Positions 29,304 to 32,101 of a stretch of 32,101 bases of DNA are shown here, in pieces; positions within the stretch are counted from its first letter, which is position 1, and the number at the start of each line of letters is the position of its first letter. Location: NCBI GenBank assembly GCA_036337435.1, contig JAYZEG010000090.1, forward strand, positions 1 through 32,101. The letters run 5' to 3'. Position numbers and translations under genes: made by a program. Source of the DNA: Myxococcota bacterium. Lineage in GTDB: Bacteria; Myxococcota_A; Bradymonadia; UBA7976; UBA1532. The notes under the pieces were generated by a model. That model was not told the DNA's origin and made no database searches. It was given only the letters and a program-made list of their open reading frames with translations.

Positions 29304-29633
29304 ATGACGGAAACAAAACAAAAAGCAGCTGTCCGACCGGTTTTCTGGTGGTGTCTCGGTCTTGTGATTGCGGGCCTCATACTCTCGATTACGGTAATTC
29401 AATTCGTCGGTGCCAAACAGGGCGACCCCTGTGTTGACTCCTACAGTTGCAGTGGTTTTCTGATTGCAGGCTCTGAGTGTGTTGAAACGGATACCGAACG
29501 ATATTGCTCCCAATATTGTCAGAGCGATCGGGATTGTCCCGACCTTTGGCACTGTGGGGATGCCAATCCAACCGTACTGACGTTTGAGACAGAGTTCGTC
29601 GATACCGTCTGTATCAAGCCGACATCGCCATAA
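29304..29633 (+). CDS. Small single-TM protein with extracytoplasmic Cys-rich domain
   Basis: Likely start ATG 29304 after AAAGG; one TM helix; G-D-P-C..C..C..YCSQYCQSDRDCP..W-H-C..C. Confidence 0.7.
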   Translation: MTETKQKAAVRPVFWWCLGLVIAGLILSITVIQFVGAKQGDPCVDSYSCSGFLIAGSECVETDTERYCSQYCQSDRDCPDLWHCGDANPTVLTFETEFVDTVCIKPTSP

Positions 29634-29718
29634 TTGACGACAATTCGAATCGGCGATTGACAGCGTTTCACGATCAACTGCGCGTCCTCTTGGCGGTGAG
29701 GTCTACCGTTTTCGTACG

Positions 29719-30627
29719 TTAGCGTTTGAACTGTCGGAAAAATGACCAGATGACCTGGTGAGTCGAAAGTCCGTTTATTTCATCAGGCCAGTCATGGCCT
29801 GTCCCATCAATACGATGATGTTCAACGCGAGCGTTCTGTTTACAATCGCCGTAGACATAATGGGTAGACCCACTTGACTCGTTTGTGTTTTCAGACCGGC
29901 ATTGATGCTTATTTCGCCAGTATTGTACGAGGCTTGGAATGTCCATCATTCGGCCGACTTCATCCCAAGCTTTCCAACCCCACCGATTTGAATAGCTGAT
30001 GATTGGGTCATTTCGTCCATGGATATGCATGATCGGTCGACTTTGCTGGGGTGTGCATTGCGCGGGTTTGACGGGCATCGTTCCCGCGAATGATGCAAAG
30101 GCCGCAAAGTGGTCGCTCATGTTGCAGGCAACCTCGTACGTGAACATGGAACCCAGTGAATACCCTGTTGCATAAACTCGATTTCGGTCAATGGCATGTC
30201 GGGATGCGATCTCATCGATCATGGCTTTAATGAAGTTAATATCATGGGCTGCATCGGGCCGCGTGTTAAGCTGCCATTCACCCTCGTTGCCGGGGTATTC
30301 ATACCCCTGCGGAAAGGCCAGAATGATCCCCTCGGATTCGGCCAATTCTTCGAAGCGAGCTTGTTGGGGAAACTTCACTCCAATCCCACCGCCCCCATGA
30401 AATGCAACAATCAGGGTTCGCGGCCCACTGTGTTGAGCATGCGGAACATATAGATAATAGCCACGCTGCAGTTCGCCGACCGAAATATTTTGTTGCGGCA
30501 ACGTCTGCATGCCAGTGCATCCTGAAATGCTGATTGATGCAACGATTAAAAATCCAAGGGATAGTGCGGATTTGAAAAGGCGGTTCACTGTACGAAACAC
30601 CTCAGCTGATAAAGCCAGTCTACTCAA
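29719..30627 (-). CDS. LpqC/PHB depolymerase-family esterase (alpha/beta hydrolase), probable lipoprotein
   Basis: VAFHGGGG, AFPQG, IDRNRVYATGYSLG, HIHGRNDPII, GTGHDWP; ISG-C lipobox; start uncertain. Confidence 0.88.
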   Translation of the reverse strand: MSRLALSAEVFRTVNRLFKSALSLGFLIVASISISGCTGMQTLPQQNISVGELQRGYYLYVPHAQHSGPRTLIVAFHGGGGIGVKFPQQARFEELAESEGIILAFPQGYEYPGNEGEWQLNTRPDAAHDINFIKAMIDEIASRHAIDRNRVYATGYSLGSMFTYEVACNMSDHFAAFASFAGTMPVKPAQCTPQQSRPIMHIHGRNDPIISYSNRWGWKAWDEVGRMMDIPSLVQYWRNKHQCRSENTNESSGSTHYVYGDCKQNARVEHHRIDGTGHDWPDEINGLSTHQVIWSFFRQFKR

Positions 30628-30671
30628 ATCACTTACCGCTGGACAGCGGACAAACGACGCAGATGAGTGTC

Positions 30672-31253
30672 TTACTGAGATTTTAGTTTGTCCACTATGG
30701 TTTTTAATTCCAAGAGTCTTTTTGCTGAAAACCCTTGGTCCCAGAACCAGACGATTCGACCGGTCGCATCCAGTAACATGATGCGTCCGTTTCGGCCATT
30801 CTGATTACCTGTCATTTCAACAATAGGCTTTGCCGATTCACCGTAGAGGGTAATGACACTGGCCCAATCTTCCTTCGGAATCCCACTGCGCATACCATCA
30901 TCAATGGTTTGGCTGATCATGGACGGAACCAGACCGGAAATCGTTGGGACTTCGACGATTTTACAGGTGAATTTGGCTTGGAGGAGCCCAAGGGTCCACC
31001 GATCGAGGTCAAATTGGCTGTCTTGAAGATAGCCGACCAACAAAACCACGGGTTCTCCAGCCCAAGCTGCAGGAAGTGTAACCTCGACATCGCTCAGTGT
31101 TTTTCCAGTTACATTTGGAAATACACGGTCGATTGGATTTCTATTCTCAATGGTCGATGAACATCCACTGAGACCGAACACCATGACCAAAAAGGTCAGG
31201 CGAATTCGAAGCGGCAATGCCTGGTTTAGATAACAAATTACACACGCTTTCAT
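30672..31253 (-). CDS. Thioredoxin-fold (ATP10-like) lipoprotein without CxxC
   Basis: Lipobox GLSG-C; FPNVTGKTL..LP, VVLLVGY..SQFDLDRW, MRSGIP, MLLDATGRIVW..G; start set at ATG 31253 after AGGA. Confidence 0.65.
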   Translation of the reverse strand: MKACVICYLNQALPLRIRLTFLVMVFGLSGCSSTIENRNPIDRVFPNVTGKTLSDVEVTLPAAWAGEPVVLLVGYLQDSQFDLDRWTLGLLQAKFTCKIVEVPTISGLVPSMISQTIDDGMRSGIPKEDWASVITLYGESAKPIVEMTGNQNGRNGRIMLLDATGRIVWFWDQGFSAKRLLELKTIVDKLKSQ

Positions 31254-31588
31254 GTCGGCTCTATCCTGTGTGTCTCTTTTTGCGCGTCTTGTCGTTGAGT
31301 CGGCACCAGGGTGCCTTATCATGTCGAGAGGGTCCACTCCACCGAGATTGTACGCCTGATTCTTTGATTCACTCTTTGAGAGCAGCATAGTCGCTTTACC
31401 CTCCGCAGAAATGTCTCCGACGTTTTGGTATTTCACAAGGCCATCTTTGCTTCGTATTGGTGCAATCTGAACGAAAAGTGCTTCCCTAGATTGGCTGACT
31501 CATCTGAAATTATGAATTGACCTCAGCGGTTTGCCACGGCCCGGTGCAGCCGGTGAGGTCTTTGATTTGCTCTCCGTTTAAGCGTCGC

Positions 31589-32101
31589 TCAGCGCTCTTG
31601 ACAGAATTGCAGCCGACACACATTGAGCAGCTGCGGAAGCAGTCGCTCGCAGTCGGGTTGTCCAGCCACTCTACACGCGGCGAGAATGTTCTCTGCCGTG
31701 CATTGTGCGCAGTTGTCGTTCTGGTCTTCATCAGCACCGCAATCACATCGCGGTTGTGGGCATTCGGCTGGTATGCCGATGGGTTGTCCCGAACATTGAA
31801 TACGGCAGATGAGGTCTTCAGGTGGGCACATGGGTTCTTGGCAGTCGCACTGTGGCCGCTCACAGCCCTCGGGCAGTTGCGGCTGCTCGCCGTTGCAGGT
31901 TCTCGCACAAACAGCCTGATCCGGTGGACAGACGGGCGCTTGACAGTCGCACTGTGGCCGCTCACAGCCCTCGGGCAGTTGTGGCTGCTCGCCGTTGCAG
32001 GTTCTCGCACACACAGCTTGATCAGGTGGGCACATGGGTTCTTGGCAGTCGCACTGTGGCCGCTCACAGCCCTCGGGCAGTTGCGGCTGCTCGCCGTTGC
32101 A
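31589..32101 (-). CDS. Partial CDS (3' end) of a Cys-rich tandem-repeat protein
   Basis: Frame is open from the window edge (CNGEQPQL...) to TGA at 31589-31591; repeated 34-aa 6-Cys unit. Confidence 0.85.
   Translation of the reverse strand, partial: CNGEQPQLPEGCERPQCDCQEPMCPPDQAVCARTCNGEQPQLPEGCERPQCDCQAPVCPPDQAVCARTCNGEQPQLPEGCERPQCDCQEPMCPPEDLICRIQCSGQPIGIPAECPQPRCDCGADEDQNDNCAQCTAENILAACRVAGQPDCERLLPQLLNVCRLQFCQER
31821..32101. repeat. 102-bp coding tandem repeat, at least 2.75 copies, truncated by the window edge
   Basis: Near-identical units start at 31821, 31923 and 32025 (GGTGG...CAGTCGCACTGTGGCCGCTCACAGCCCTCGGGCAGTTG...). Confidence 0.95.

Noticed and set aside
31821..32101. CRISPR array
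   Set aside because: Units are contiguous 102-bp near-copies with no unique spacers, keep the reading frame, and no cas genes are present.

Overview
A ~52-55% GC (estimated by eye) bacterial chromosomal segment, most likely from a Myxococcota-like organism. That assignment is inferred from a MYXO-CTERM-like sorting tail, several lipoproteins with Asp/Ala/Gly-rich linkers and many Cys-rich secreted proteins. It holds about 26 mostly monocistronic genes on alternating strands. Recognisable genes: a signal-peptide-bearing catalase-peroxidase (katG) with a candidate OxyR box, a divergent pseudoazurin, an RhlE-type DEAD-box helicase, a UbiG-like methyltransferase, a nitroreductase, a PTGES2-like GST, a tandem GNAT, a MerT/MerF-like transporter, a SnoaL-like protein and a DUF2177 protein. 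The surface/secreted set is large: an M60 peptidase-PA14-MYXO-CTERM protein divergent from an LTD-CotH kinase lipoprotein, plus beta-helix, SGNH-like and alpha/beta-hydrolase lipoproteins. I saw no rRNA, tRNA, CRISPR array, transposase, integrase or recognisable defence system, and no single coherent novel multi-gene system can be claimed. The best leads are: a 102-bp tandem repeat encoding a 6-Cys module at the right edge, a Lys-rich/8-Cys/poly-Lys secreted miniprotein, a collagen-like (GXY)13 frame the ORF track misses, the TCAF-like M60/CotH pair, and a densely hairpinned 330-bp spacer downstream of katG. All family assignments come from motif recognition, not database searches.
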